From an uncultured cyanobacterium (GTDB lineage: Bacteria > Cyanobacteriota > Cyanobacteriia > Cyanobacteriales > CAWCAG01), in contig CAWCAG010000009.1 of the NCBI GenBank assembly GCA_963793425.1, forward strand, positions 288,001 to 352,000: a stretch of 64,000 bases of DNA, read 5' to 3'. Of the stretch, positions 43,378-53,186 are shown in pieces (the stretch's first letter is position 1; each line of letters begins with the position of its first letter). The position numbers were made by a program, and so were the translations under genes. Below the pieces are notes generated by a model. It was not told where the DNA came from, made no database searches, and saw only the letters and a program-made list of their open reading frames with translations.

Positions 43378-43929
43378 ATGAGTCAACAAACTTACCAGAA
43401 AATTCCCTTTGTATGGCAAGAACCTCAATCGCTGGTTAAAGTTCCTTCTCGATTAGAGTTTAAAGTTGCCAAAACCCTGGGCTATGAAGTATTGCTTTCA
43501 ACAGTAGCTCAAGTTATGGAATTATCTCTTGATGCTAGGGATCAAAAGCAAGTCTCGAAATATGGTTCTGATCAAGCTGCTGAAAAGTTTATAACTGAGG
43601 CAAAAGACGGATTTTTCTATCAAGACCAGTGGTGGCAAGTTGGGGTTAATAGTGACAGTAAAGTTGTGGGTTTCATCTTTCCTGTCATCTACGAAAACTC
43701 TACAAAAGATGGTCGGGAAGAAGCGACCATTTACTACATTGGGGTTTTGCCGCAATACCGAGGACAGGGTTTCGGCACTGATTTATTGCTAAAAGGAACA
43801 AGTGTATTGCAAGATGTAGGAGTTTGGAGGGTATTCTGTGACACAGATGTTAATAATATCCCCATGATTTCTACTTTCAAAGAAGTTGGGTATCAGCAAC
43901 ATAGTGAGCCTTATCTTCGCCCCCTATAG
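43378..43929 (+). CDS. GNAT family N-acetyltransferase
   Basis: IGVLPQYRGQGFG acetyl-CoA motif A; NIPM..FKEVGY. Confidence 0.88.
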   Translation: MSQQTYQKIPFVWQEPQSLVKVPSRLEFKVAKTLGYEVLLSTVAQVMELSLDARDQKQVSKYGSDQAAEKFITEAKDGFFYQDQWWQVGVNSDSKVVGFIFPVIYENSTKDGREEATIYYIGVLPQYRGQGFGTDLLLKGTSVLQDVGVWRVFCDTDVNNIPMISTFKEVGYQQHSEPYLRPL

Positions 43930-43941
43930 TACCAAAACAAG

Positions 43942-46179
43942 ATGAAATTTCCCTTCGGTTCTAGTTCCAAACCTCAAACTACTTTACCTCCACCTAATAG
44001 TTCTGGTTTAGGTACTTTTGGAGGAGTATACACTCCTTCTATCCTAACCATTTTAGGCGTAATCATGTACTTACGCTTTGGTTGGGTAGTGGGCAATGTT
44101 GGTTTGATTGGAACCTTAATTATTGTCACCCTCTCTACAGGAATCACCTTTCTGACCTCCTTATCGATTTGTGCCATCGCTACTGATCGGGTAGTAAGAG
44201 TTGGGGGGGCTTATTATATGATTAGCCGTTCCTTGGGTATCGAAACTGGGGGGGCTGTGGGTATTCCTCTTTATTTTGCCCAAGTACTTTCTGTCGCCCT
44301 CTACACCATTGGTTTTGCCGAAAGCGTCAACGCAACCTATCCTTTTTTGAATCAGCTTTACGTTGCTTTGGCTGTGACTGTTGGTGTAGCTGTCCTGGCT
44401 ATCACCTCAGCTAGCGTAGCCATTCGCGCCCAATATGTAATTATGGCTGCGATCGTCCTTTCCCTTGTCTCCTTCGCTTTTGGTAAGCCCTTAGAAGCTA
44501 CCCAAGTAGAAATGTGGGGAGTTCCCGAAGCAGCAGCCGAACCTTTTTGGACTGTTTTTGCAGTCTTTTTCCCTGCTGTTACGGGTATCATGGCTGGGGT
44601 TAATATGTCTGGGGACTTGAAAGATCCGATCCGTTCTATTCCTAGAGGTACTTTAGCTGCTGTCGCCACAGGCTATGTCATTTACATGATCTTACCTGTG
44701 GTTTTAGCCATGCGTGCCGATGCCCGTACATTGGTAGAAGAGCCCCTAATCATGCAACAAATTGCTTTTTGGGGCCCAGCTATTCTTTTAGGGGTTTGGG
44801 GGGCAACCCTTTCTAGTGCTTTGGGTAGCATCCTTGGTGCGCCTCGTGTCTTACAGGCACTGGCGAGGGATGGGGTTTTGCCCAAATGGATGGGTTTTTT
44901 AGGTCAAGGCAGTGGCCCTGACGATGAACCTCGCATCGGTACAGCAGTTAGTTTAGGAGTTGCGATCGCAGCGGTATGTATTAATAAGTTGGACTTAATT
45001 GCCCCGGTGTTGACGATGTTTTTCCTCACCACCTACTTTGTCTTAAACATCTCCGCAGGCATTGAAGGTTTCCTGCAAAGTCCTTCTTTCCGTCCTTCTT
45101 TTCGTGTTCACTGGTCTTTATCCTTATTAGGGGCGGTGGGCTGTTTAGTAGTGATGTTTTTGATTAATCCCATTGCTACAGTTGCTGCAGCTATTGTTGT
45201 TCTCGCCATTTATCTTTGGCTACAACAGCGGGAATTGCGGACTGCCTGGGGGGATGTACGCCGGGGCATTTGGATGGCTTTGCTACGCCAAGGCATCTTT
45301 GAAATTGGTAATACTGAAGACCCAAAAAACTGGCGGCCTCACCTCCTTGTCCTTTCTGGCATACCAACCAAACGCTGGCCTCTCATTGAATTAGCAGATG
45401 CCATTACCCATAACCGGGGTTTAATTACTGTCTCTAGCATTTTACCTAGCAATAGCCGAAATGTTGCCCAACAAAGCGATAGTGAAGCGAAAATTCGGGA
45501 TTATTTAGAAAAGCGGGGAGTACAAGCATTAGTGCGTTTAGTTACGGCCCCCGACCCCTTTGTGGGTGTAGAAAAGCTGGTAGAAACCTATGGACTGGGG
45601 CCTTTGGTTCCTAACACAATTCTACTGGGGGATAGCGAGTCTCCTGATAATCGAGAAAGCTATTGCAACACCATTGCTAAAATACATCGTGCCAGACGCA
45701 ATGTGATTATCCTGCGAGAAGCCAAAAATCGCCCCCCTGAAGCACCTTGTTTTGGTCGTCGCCGCCGTATAGATGTTTGGTGGGGAGGTAGCGTTCAATC
45801 TAATGGTGGTTTGATGTTGTTGCTTGCTTACTTGTTGCGTACCAACATTGATTGGAGAGATGCGACTGTTTATCTTAAGCTAGTTGTATCCGATGAAAAT
45901 GCAGCCCAAGCTGCGAAGCAAAATCTTGATACTATGGTGGCAAAGCTAAGAATCGGTGCTAACTCACAAATTTTAGTGGCTGAAGGACGTTCTTTTGAGG
46001 AAATTTTGCATGAGTCCTCCCAATCCGCAGACTTGATTTTTCTTGGGGTTGCAGAACCTAATGAAGATTTTAGCGATTATTATCAAAGCTTGCAAAACAA
46101 AACTAATGATTTACCAACAACAGTTTTTGTCCTTGCTGCCTCCGATTTTGCTTTTGAAGAGGTTTTGAGCGATAGTTGA
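43942..46179 (+). CDS. Cation-chloride (Na-K-Cl) cotransporter family protein
   Basis: GTFGGVYTPSILTILGVIMYLR, GGAYYMISRSLG, FFPAVTGIMAG, KNWRP, IDVWW. Confidence 0.93.
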   Translation: MKFPFGSSSKPQTTLPPPNSSGLGTFGGVYTPSILTILGVIMYLRFGWVVGNVGLIGTLIIVTLSTGITFLTSLSICAIATDRVVRVGGAYYMISRSLGIETGGAVGIPLYFAQVLSVALYTIGFAESVNATYPFLNQLYVALAVTVGVAVLAITSASVAIRAQYVIMAAIVLSLVSFAFGKPLEATQVEMWGVPEAAAEPFWTVFAVFFPAVTGIMAGVNMSGDLKDPIRSIPRGTLAAVATGYVIYMILPVVLAMRADARTLVEEPLIMQQIAFWGPAILLGVWGATLSSALGSILGAPRVLQALARDGVLPKWMGFLGQGSGPDDEPRIGTAVSLGVAIAAVCINKLDLIAPVLTMFFLTTYFVLNISAGIEGFLQSPSFRPSFRVHWSLSLLGAVGCLVVMFLINPIATVAAAIVVLAIYLWLQQRELRTAWGDVRRGIWMALLRQGIFEIGNTEDPKNWRPHLLVLSGIPTKRWPLIELADAITHNRGLITVSSILPSNSRNVAQQSDSEAKIRDYLEKRGVQALVRLVTAPDPFVGVEKLVETYGLGPLVPNTILLGDSESPDNRESYCNTIAKIHRARRNVIILREAKNRPPEAPCFGRRRRIDVWWGGSVQSNGGLMLLLAYLLRTNIDWRDATVYLKLVVSDENAAQAAKQNLDTMVAKLRIGANSQILVAEGRSFEEILHESSQSADLIFLGVAEPNEDFSDYYQSLQNKTNDLPTTVFVLAASDFAFEEVLSDS

Positions 46180-46204
46180 AGTTGCGCTTTGGCGCTTTGG
46201 CTAA

Positions 46205-47128
46205 TTGCTAGTTGTTTTGAAAATGATAAGTGATAAATGTTTGATTGTTTTGATGGCTTGTAGTTTGCACTTTAGTATTTGCCCCCTGGCTAAAGCAGAA
46301 ACGATTGCCACCCAAGATGGTAGTCGTTGTGAAGGAGAATTTAATGCCAATTCACTTACTGGCAAAGGAGTTTGTGAATATGAAAATGGTGATCGCTATG
46401 AGGGAAACTTAGTTGCAGGAAAGCAGGATGGACAAGGAACTTATGTTTTTGCCAATGGGGACAAATATGTAGGGGAATTTGTTGAGGGGGAAATTTCTGG
46501 TCAGGGGGTACGAGAATATGCGAATGGCCATCGCTATGAGGGAGAGTTTCAAGCTGGTTTACCCCAAGGACAAGGAGTTTATGTTTTTCCTTATGGAGGC
46601 GGTTATCAAGGGGAATTTGCGGCCGGGGAACCCACAGGGAAAGGTATTTATATTTATAAAAACGGCGATCGCTGTTTTGGTGAAAAGTTGCCTGGGCTTA
46701 ATGGGTTGGGGCAATGTGAATATAACAACGGGGATAAGTATCAAGGGGCTTTAGTTGCAGGCAAGCCTGATGGGGAAGGGGTTTATCTTTTTGCCAATGG
46801 GGACAGATATGAGGGGGAATTTCAAGCAGGAAAGTTTAGTGGTTCAGGAATTTATATTTTTAGCAACGGCGATCGCTATGCAGGGAATTTTAGCAATGCT
46901 CAATTTAATGGTCAAGGTGATTTTATTTCTCAAAGTGGTGACCGTTGTACAGGGCAGTTTAGAGATGGCAATCTCCAAGGGGAAGGGGTTTGTGAATATG
47001 CTAGTGGAGACAAATATGCAGGAGAATTTCAGGGAGGTAAAAGAAATGGGGCAGGAGTTTATACTTTTGCCGACGGCAAGACTTTAGAGGGGACTTGGCA
47101 AGATGGGTTGGTGATTGATAATAAATAA
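46205..47128 (+). CDS. Secreted MORN-repeat protein
   Basis: Repeated NGDRYEGEF..G...G.G.Y units after a signal peptide; start uncertain. Confidence 0.92.
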   Translation: MLVVLKMISDKCLIVLMACSLHFSICPLAKAETIATQDGSRCEGEFNANSLTGKGVCEYENGDRYEGNLVAGKQDGQGTYVFANGDKYVGEFVEGEISGQGVREYANGHRYEGEFQAGLPQGQGVYVFPYGGGYQGEFAAGEPTGKGIYIYKNGDRCFGEKLPGLNGLGQCEYNNGDKYQGALVAGKPDGEGVYLFANGDRYEGEFQAGKFSGSGIYIFSNGDRYAGNFSNAQFNGQGDFISQSGDRCTGQFRDGNLQGEGVCEYASGDKYAGEFQGGKRNGAGVYTFADGKTLEGTWQDGLVIDNK

Positions 47129-47227
47129 TTGATAATTATTTGATTCGTATTACTTTTGCCGTCATTGCTAATATACTTAGTGGTTTAAGCAGTTCAAGCA
47201 GTTCAAAGACTTGGGAGAATTCAAAAA

Positions 47228-48562
47228 GTGAGTGTCGCCTTAGCCCCAACCCTTTTAGAAAAAGATGAAGCTTTAAACCTCATCGAAACAACCATCAAAA
47301 AATCCCAAGCTGAAGGTATCTTCGTTAAGTTAACTCAGAACGCATCTACCCTCAGTCGCTTTTGTGAAAATCAAATTAGCCAAAATATTAACTGCGATCG
47401 CTTCACCCTAGAAATTACTAGTTATTTTGGTAAGCGTAGTGCTTCTGCTGCCACCACAGAACTTGATGAAGCAGCGATTGCCCAAGCAATTAAACGTTCC
47501 GAAGAGTTAGCAGAATTTGCCCCGGAAGATCCAGAATGGGTTGAGTTACTCCCGCCCCAAACCTACCAACAGCATACCCCAGCTTTCAATGAGAGAACCG
47601 CAACTCTTTCTCCTTTAACTAGAGGAAAAATGGTGAAGCGAGTTTGTGCAATGAGCGCTAAAGTGGGGGTTAATGCTTCTGGAACCCTTAGCACCGATAC
47701 ATATCTTAAAGCAGTGGGAAACTCCCTAGGATTAAGGGCTTGCGATCGCACCACAAAAGCAGATTTTAGTTTCACCGCTAAAAGTGGTGATGGTTCTAGT
47801 TGGGGGCATAATACTGCTTTTGCTATGTCCAATTTACCCATTGAAAAGATTACTGAAGAAGTAATCGAAAGGGCCTTAGCTTCCCGTCATCCCCGCGCTA
47901 TTTCCCCAGGAATCTACCCCGTGGTTTTCAATGGGGCAGCATTCGCCTCTCTGTTGCCTTGGGTGACTTGGAACTTGGATGCTAGGGCAGCAGACGAGGG
48001 GCGTTCCTTTATGGCGGGTAAAGATGGTTCTGGCAACCGCTTAGGAGAACAAATGTTTAGCCCTTTGGTGCAGGTGAAGCGAGATCCTCATCATCCTTTA
48101 ATTCAAGGAAGCACTTTTTTCTCGGATGGTTTGAGTAATAATCCTTTAACTATTATCCAAGATGGCATTCCCAAAACCTTAGCTTACAGTCGTTATTGGG
48201 GGCAGCGTCAAGGGCAACAAGCAACGGGAGGGCTTTACCCCATTGTTATGGCAGGTTCTCACCAAAGTTTAGCAGACTTAATTGCTCAAACTGAGCGAGG
48301 AATTTTTGTTAATCGGGCTTGGTATGTGCGTTATGTTAATCCTCGTACCTTAGAAGTGACAGGTATGACTCGTGACGGTACTTTCTGGATTGAAGATGGT
48401 AAAATCGCCTATCCCATTAAGAATTTGCGCTTCAATCAGCTTTTGCCACAAATGCTAGCCGATGTGGAAGGAGTTAGTCGGGTACAACGTTTTGATAATA
48501 CAGTGGTTCCGGGAGTTAAAGTTAAAGCTTTTAATTTTAGTAGTGTTACTGATAGTGTATAA
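47228..48562 (+). CDS. TldE/PmbA family protein
   Basis: SRFCENQISQN, DARAADEGRSF, TGMTRDGTFWIEDG, NLRFNQ; no HExxxH. Confidence 0.88.
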   Translation: MSVALAPTLLEKDEALNLIETTIKKSQAEGIFVKLTQNASTLSRFCENQISQNINCDRFTLEITSYFGKRSASAATTELDEAAIAQAIKRSEELAEFAPEDPEWVELLPPQTYQQHTPAFNERTATLSPLTRGKMVKRVCAMSAKVGVNASGTLSTDTYLKAVGNSLGLRACDRTTKADFSFTAKSGDGSSWGHNTAFAMSNLPIEKITEEVIERALASRHPRAISPGIYPVVFNGAAFASLLPWVTWNLDARAADEGRSFMAGKDGSGNRLGEQMFSPLVQVKRDPHHPLIQGSTFFSDGLSNNPLTIIQDGIPKTLAYSRYWGQRQGQQATGGLYPIVMAGSHQSLADLIAQTERGIFVNRAWYVRYVNPRTLEVTGMTRDGTFWIEDGKIAYPIKNLRFNQLLPQMLADVEGVSRVQRFDNTVVPGVKVKAFNFSSVTDSV

Positions 48563-48600
48563 AAGGGAGCAGAAGAATAATTTATTTAAAATCTAGATTA

Positions 48601-48960
48601 TTATTCTTCTAATGTCTTTAAATAAGCCCGAATTTGCGGAGATAATTTAATCACAATTTCTCTAACTTGATTGATTTCTGTTGCAGTTAAAAGATTGCGA
48701 GCGTAAGCTATTCTCAACCAATGAATAGTTTCGTATAAAGAACCCTTAGCAAGCTGCACAAAGCGTCTATTTTCTACTAAGTTACTGCGGCCATTCCCTT
48801 CTGCTATCCTCGCCCCAATTCTGTCTGCTGCATTAACTAAGCTTTTCCCCACCGTATCTTGGGCAAAAAAATCCCAATTTTTAACAAGAGTCCAAACCTC
48901 ATTAGCAAGTTGTTCTGCTAGCTGATAGACTGGCAAGTTCTCGAAAGTTTGTTTAGCCAT
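48601..48960 (-). CDS. Four-helix-bundle protein (23S rRNA IVP/bAvd-like)
   Basis: FENLPVYQLA, IAEGNGR, AKGSLYET motifs. Confidence 0.88.
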   Translation of the reverse strand: MAKQTFENLPVYQLAEQLANEVWTLVKNWDFFAQDTVGKSLVNAADRIGARIAEGNGRSNLVENRRFVQLAKGSLYETIHWLRIAYARNLLTATEINQVREIVIKLSPQIRAYLKTLEE

Positions 48961-49235
48961 AAATTAATTCAGTTATCAGTTCCAATGAGTGGTAGTTAGA
49001 CTGGTTGCTTGTCTTGTTCAATTACTTGACAAATGCTACACTATTCTAACTTGTCATCAATGGGTAATAAGCATTTAAACGACAGATCGTTAAATTAGTA
49101 AATAGTAAATAGTTCCGTAAATTCTTGTCTACTCCTTGTAGCCTACAGCAACCCTAGGCGTTTGCGCGTCTGGTGCAAAGGGAACCCTAGCCCGAAATAG
49201 ATAATTCTCAAGGCTAAACGGCTTACTTATCGTTT

Positions 49236-50984
49236 ATGAATAGACCTGTTATTATTTGTGTTGATGATGAACCAATTATCTTAGAGAGCTTGGCAAGAGA
49301 ATTATACCAAGTTTTGGGGGATGATTATCTCATTGAAACTGTAGAAACTGGGGAAGAAGCATTAGAGCTAGTTGAAGAATTTTTAGCAGAAAAGTATCAT
49401 ATTCCCCTAGTTTTGTCTGATTATATTATGCCCAATATTAAGGGGGATGAATTACTCAAACGTATTCATGAAATTGCGCCTCAAACCTTAAAAATTTTAC
49501 TTACAGGGCAAGCTAGTGTTGAAGCAATCGGTAATGGGATTAAGTATGCTAATCTATATCGTTATCTAGCTAAACCTTGGCAACAAGAAGACCTTAGTTT
49601 GACTGTTACTCAAGCGATTCATAGTTATTTCCAAACCCAAAAATTAGCTGAGCAAACCCTCGAACTTCAGCGATTAAATCAGCAGCAAGCAAAACTAATT
49701 ACTCAACTCAATGAAAACAGAAATCGCTTAATTCAATTTTTAGAAGCGATACCTGTGGGAGTGGGGGTAATGGATGCAGAAGGTAAACCTTATTATGTTA
49801 ACCAAAAAGCTCAAGAATTATTAGGTAAAGGTATTTCTCCAGAGGTTAATTATCAGAATTTAGCCCAAACTTATCAGGTTTATAAAGCAGGAACAAACCA
49901 AATTTATCCAGCAGAAGAATTTCCGATTGTTAAAGCCTTGCAGGGAGAAGCGTCTATGGCAGATGATTTAGAAATTCACTTGGATAATAAAGTTATTCCC
50001 ATCGAAACTTGGGCAACACCAATTTATGATCAACAAGGGAATGTTATTTATGGCATTAATGTTATGCAAGATATTAGCGATCGCCAAAAAGCTGAGTTAG
50101 AAAGGGCTAAATTTACTCACGAACTTTTTGAGCTTAATCTTGCTAATGAACGCTTTGTTCCTCGGCAGTTTCTGCAACTATTAAATAAGCAAAGTATTGT
50201 TGATGTGGAATTGGGAGAGTCGGTACAACAGGAAATGTCAGTGCTTTTTGCGGATATTCGTAACTTTACTACCCTAAGTGAAAAGATGACTCCCCAAGAT
50301 AATTTTAAGTTTATTAATTCCTATTTCCTTTGTATGGAACCAGCAATTATTAATAATAATGGTTTCATTGATAAATATATTGGCGATGCGATTATGGCTC
50401 TTTTTGGGGGTAGTGCCGATGAAGCGATGCAAGCTGGTTTAGCAATGTTGAATTTGTTAGCTGAATTTAATGATAACAACCCGCATTTAGATAATTTACC
50501 TGTACAAATTGGTGTTGGCATTAATACAGGTTCTTTAATGTTAGGAGTTGTGGGAGGACAATTTAGAATGGATAGTACTGTAATTAGCGATGCAGTTAAT
50601 TTAGCTTCTCGTATCGAGAAATTAACGAGAGAATATCAGGCATCCTTTTTGATTTCTCACCATACTTTCTCCCGCCTTGAAAATCCAGAAGATTATGCTT
50701 TACGCCGCATTGCGAAAGTAAGGGTTAAGGGTAAGTTAGAAGAGGTGACTGTTTATGAAGTTTGTGCGGCTGATTTACCAGAAGTTAGGGAGAAAAAGTT
50801 AGCGACAAAGGAGTTATTTTCTCAAGCTTTAGGTTTTTATGAATGTCAATCTTTTTTAGCAGCAAAACGCTTGTTTCAAGAATGTTTAAAGCAAAATTCT
50901 CAAGATAAAGTAGCGCAAGTTTATTTAAAAAGTTGCTGGGGACAATCTAATTTTTTAGGGGAAGTTCTTGGCTGCGATCGCTAA
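49236..50984 (+). CDS. REC-PAS-class III adenylate/guanylate cyclase
   Basis: CVDDE/SDYIMP receiver, PAS-like region, VLFADIRNFT, DKYIGDAIM, DAVNLASR, VKGK. Confidence 0.92.
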   Translation: MNRPVIICVDDEPIILESLARELYQVLGDDYLIETVETGEEALELVEEFLAEKYHIPLVLSDYIMPNIKGDELLKRIHEIAPQTLKILLTGQASVEAIGNGIKYANLYRYLAKPWQQEDLSLTVTQAIHSYFQTQKLAEQTLELQRLNQQQAKLITQLNENRNRLIQFLEAIPVGVGVMDAEGKPYYVNQKAQELLGKGISPEVNYQNLAQTYQVYKAGTNQIYPAEEFPIVKALQGEASMADDLEIHLDNKVIPIETWATPIYDQQGNVIYGINVMQDISDRQKAELERAKFTHELFELNLANERFVPRQFLQLLNKQSIVDVELGESVQQEMSVLFADIRNFTTLSEKMTPQDNFKFINSYFLCMEPAIINNNGFIDKYIGDAIMALFGGSADEAMQAGLAMLNLLAEFNDNNPHLDNLPVQIGVGINTGSLMLGVVGGQFRMDSTVISDAVNLASRIEKLTREYQASFLISHHTFSRLENPEDYALRRIAKVRVKGKLEEVTVYEVCAADLPEVREKKLATKELFSQALGFYECQSFLAAKRLFQECLKQNSQDKVAQVYLKSCWGQSNFLGEVLGCDR

Positions 50985-51332
50985 ACAGCCCCAACCAATT
51001 AAAAAAGCCACACCACCTAGAGGAGTAATTGCTCCTAACCACTTAATTCCGGTTAAACTTAAGGCATATAAACTACCAGAAAAAATCACCACTCCAGTAA
51101 TAAAAGCGATTCCAGAAATAGTTAAAGATAAAGAGTTTTCTGTTTGAGTTAATAACAAAGCCACCAACAACAAAGCTAGGGCATGGTACATTTGGTATTT
51201 AGTACCCGTCTCAAAGATTTCTAAGGCGCGATCGCTTAATTGAGTTTTTAAAGCATGGCTAGCAAATGCCCCTCCCGCCACAGATAAGCCACCTAGAATT
51301 GCGGCAATAGTTAAGAATATTTTCGTCATCAA
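50955..51332 (-). CDS. DUF423 membrane protein
   Basis: GAFASHAL, YQMYHAL, FSGSLY, GAITPLGG. Confidence 0.92.
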   Translation of the reverse strand: MMTKIFLTIAAILGGLSVAGGAFASHALKTQLSDRALEIFETGTKYQMYHALALLLVALLLTQTENSLSLTISGIAFITGVVIFSGSLYALSLTGIKWLGAITPLGGVAFLIGWGCLAIAAKNFP

Positions 51333-51361
51333 ATTAGTTTAATCCTTTATTCCTTATAATT

Positions 51362-51387
51362 AAAAAAAAGCCCGTATAACGGACTTT
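51362..51387 (-). terminator. Probable intrinsic terminator of the HCP gene
   Basis: Minus strand aaagtccg-ttata-cgggc followed by a T run. Confidence 0.6.
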
Positions 51388-51465
51388 GCATAGTTTAAAC
51401 TAAAAATTAAATTCAAGTTGAACAGCAAATAGGAGCAAAGACATCTGTAGTATCTTTGATATATC

Positions 51466-51948
51466 CTAAACCTCTGCGCCGGATTTTGGCTCTGCACCAG
51501 CCCCAACTACAGCATCTCTGAGGACAGTAATTTGTTGCTGAAACTCCATTGCTTCAATCTGAGATAGAACTTGATTGACACTACCACTAGGCTTATAATC
51601 ATCCGGTACAGGAACAATTGTTCCTGCATCCATTCCCTGTGCCAAACGATACCAGAAGTATAATTTAGTGTTTTCGCTTAAGGAACCATACTCACGGGAA
51701 ATAAGAGTATCTTGCCCTTCAATAATCTTACGTTGTGCATCCAGTTGTTCTTCAAAAGACAACTCTTTAACTTGATCAAACAATCCTTCAGCAATTTTGT
51801 CTCCGGCTGCCCCAGGTGCGGCGGGGGTTACGGATGTTCCCATCTTCTTGTAAACATACCAAAGAAGAGCTAATTTTTCATCTGTAGATAGGTTACTATA
51901 GCTGCTTAATACGCCATCAACACTTTGTTCTGAACTAGCTGTACCCAT
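51466..51948 (-). CDS. Helical carotenoid protein (orange carotenoid protein N-terminal domain homologue)
   Basis: DEKLALLW, TPAAPG, SREYGSLSENTKLYFWYRLAQGM, FQQQITVLR. Confidence 0.9.
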   Translation of the reverse strand: MGTASSEQSVDGVLSSYSNLSTDEKLALLWYVYKKMGTSVTPAAPGAAGDKIAEGLFDQVKELSFEEQLDAQRKIIEGQDTLISREYGSLSENTKLYFWYRLAQGMDAGTIVPVPDDYKPSGSVNQVLSQIEAMEFQQQITVLRDAVVGAGAEPKSGAEV

Positions 51949-52170
51949 ATTATTAATTAATCTCCGATTTCATATTTTTTTTGAAGCTTTAATTCTTTAA
52001 AGCTATCAACATTCAACCTAATTAATTTTCTAGTTTATAGAGAACTGTATAAAGGTAGAGAACCGTTTGAACTGATATTTAACTTTTGATAGAGACTTTA
52101 AACATTAATTATTTAGCAATCTATTTCTTATTGCTTATAGCCAATTTCTTAACTTGACTTAACCACACTT

Positions 52171-52581
52171 TTATTGTAGACCTAATAATTCCTGTGGTGA
52201 TGCCAGTAACTTAATCTTAATCGTCGTAATTTGCTGATCTGAATTTAAACAGAAATGCCAAGCGACATTAACGCTAAACAAAGGAGTTTTAACCTTTCCT
52301 GTCACCTTAATCGTTTCTAAATCATCTTCATTTAACTCGTATATTCCTTGTTGTGGCAATAACTTCATCCCCTTAGCTTCCTTGCTTAAATAAGATGCGA
52401 TCGCCTCCTTCCCAAGGATAGGTTTTTCAAAGGGTGCTAATAATTCTCCTTCTTCAGCAAATAAAGCGGCAGTTTCAATAAATTTTCCGTGGTTAATGGT
52501 GACAAAGTAGTTGATAATAACTGGCTCTTCTATATTTTCAATTGTGATAAAATCTTCTGTTTGGGTTTCGATAGAACTCAT
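52171..52581 (-). CDS. OCP C-terminal domain homologue (CTDH, NTF2-like)
   Basis: YF..IN..F..TAALF..G.L.APFE.PI.G.EAI..YL..EA; GKVKTPLFSVNVAW; LLASPQELL. Confidence 0.85.
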   Translation of the reverse strand: MSSIETQTEDFITIENIEEPVIINYFVTINHGKFIETAALFAEEGELLAPFEKPILGKEAIASYLSKEAKGMKLLPQQGIYELNEDDLETIKVTGKVKTPLFSVNVAWHFCLNSDQQITTIKIKLLASPQELLGLQ

Positions 52582-52685
52582 ATAACTAATAGTTTTAGTT
52601 TCTTTAGTTATAAATTAAATTGGGTGAAATCGCTTCAAACTTTGACCAAAGATATGACAATAGAGGTACAGATAATTATCGTGAA

Positions 52686-53186
52686 ATGACAGATCCACTA
52701 TCTCTATCAGCAGCAGCGATCGCAGCTTTAGCATTTACCAAAATGCTGGAGAAAACAGTAGAAAAGTTCACAGAAGGCGCACTTTCTAAGATGGATGAAC
52801 TACGTCAAAAGATTTGGCAGAAGTTGCGAGGTAATCCTAAAGCAGAAAAAGCTCTTACGGCAGTAGAAGAGGGTAATAAAGAAGAAATTCAGCGACTAGC
52901 TGTATATTTGCAAGATGCTATGGAAGATGATCCGCAATTTGCCAGTGAAGTTCAAGTAATGGCGCAAGAAATTAATGCAGGTAAGCTACAAGATAACAGC
53001 ATAATGAATCAGAATAACTACGACAATAGTACTGGTTATCAAACTAAAAATGAAGGAGGAACCAACTTTGTTGGTGGAAATCACTATCACGGCAATCCTC
53101 CTCTTGAAGAGTGCAAACTAAAAATGAAGGAGGAACCAACTTTGTTGGTGGAAATCACTATCACGGCAATCCTCCCTCTTGACTAG
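52686..53186 (+). CDS. Bell-like small helical effector with C-terminal amyloid-like signalling motif
   Basis: MTDPLSLSAAAIAALAFTK amphipathic start, helical core, tail MNQNNYDNSTGYQTKNEGGTNFVGGNHYHG. It would end at TGA 53105-53107 if one C were present as in the repeat copy. Confidence 0.7.
   Translation: MTDPLSLSAAAIAALAFTKMLEKTVEKFTEGALSKMDELRQKIWQKLRGNPKAEKALTAVEEGNKEEIQRLAVYLQDAMEDDPQFASEVQVMAQEINAGKLQDNSIMNQNNYDNSTGYQTKNEGGTNFVGGNHYHGNPPLEECKLKMKEEPTLLVEITITAILPLD
53040..53182 (+). repeat. Near-perfect direct repeat, 68 and 69 bp, with a 6-bp spacer
   Basis: caaactaaaaatgaaggaggaacc...ggcaatcctc(c)ctcttga at 53040-53107 and 53114-53182; copies differ by one C. Confidence 0.95.

Noticed and set aside
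48601..48960. Four-helix-bundle gene as DGR accessory Avd
   Set aside because: No reverse transcriptase or TR/VR pair in the window; these genes are commonly solitary.
53040..53182. Direct repeat as CRISPR array or DGR template/variable repeat
   Set aside because: Only two 68-bp copies, a 6-bp spacer, no cas or reverse transcriptase genes and no adenine-specific differences.
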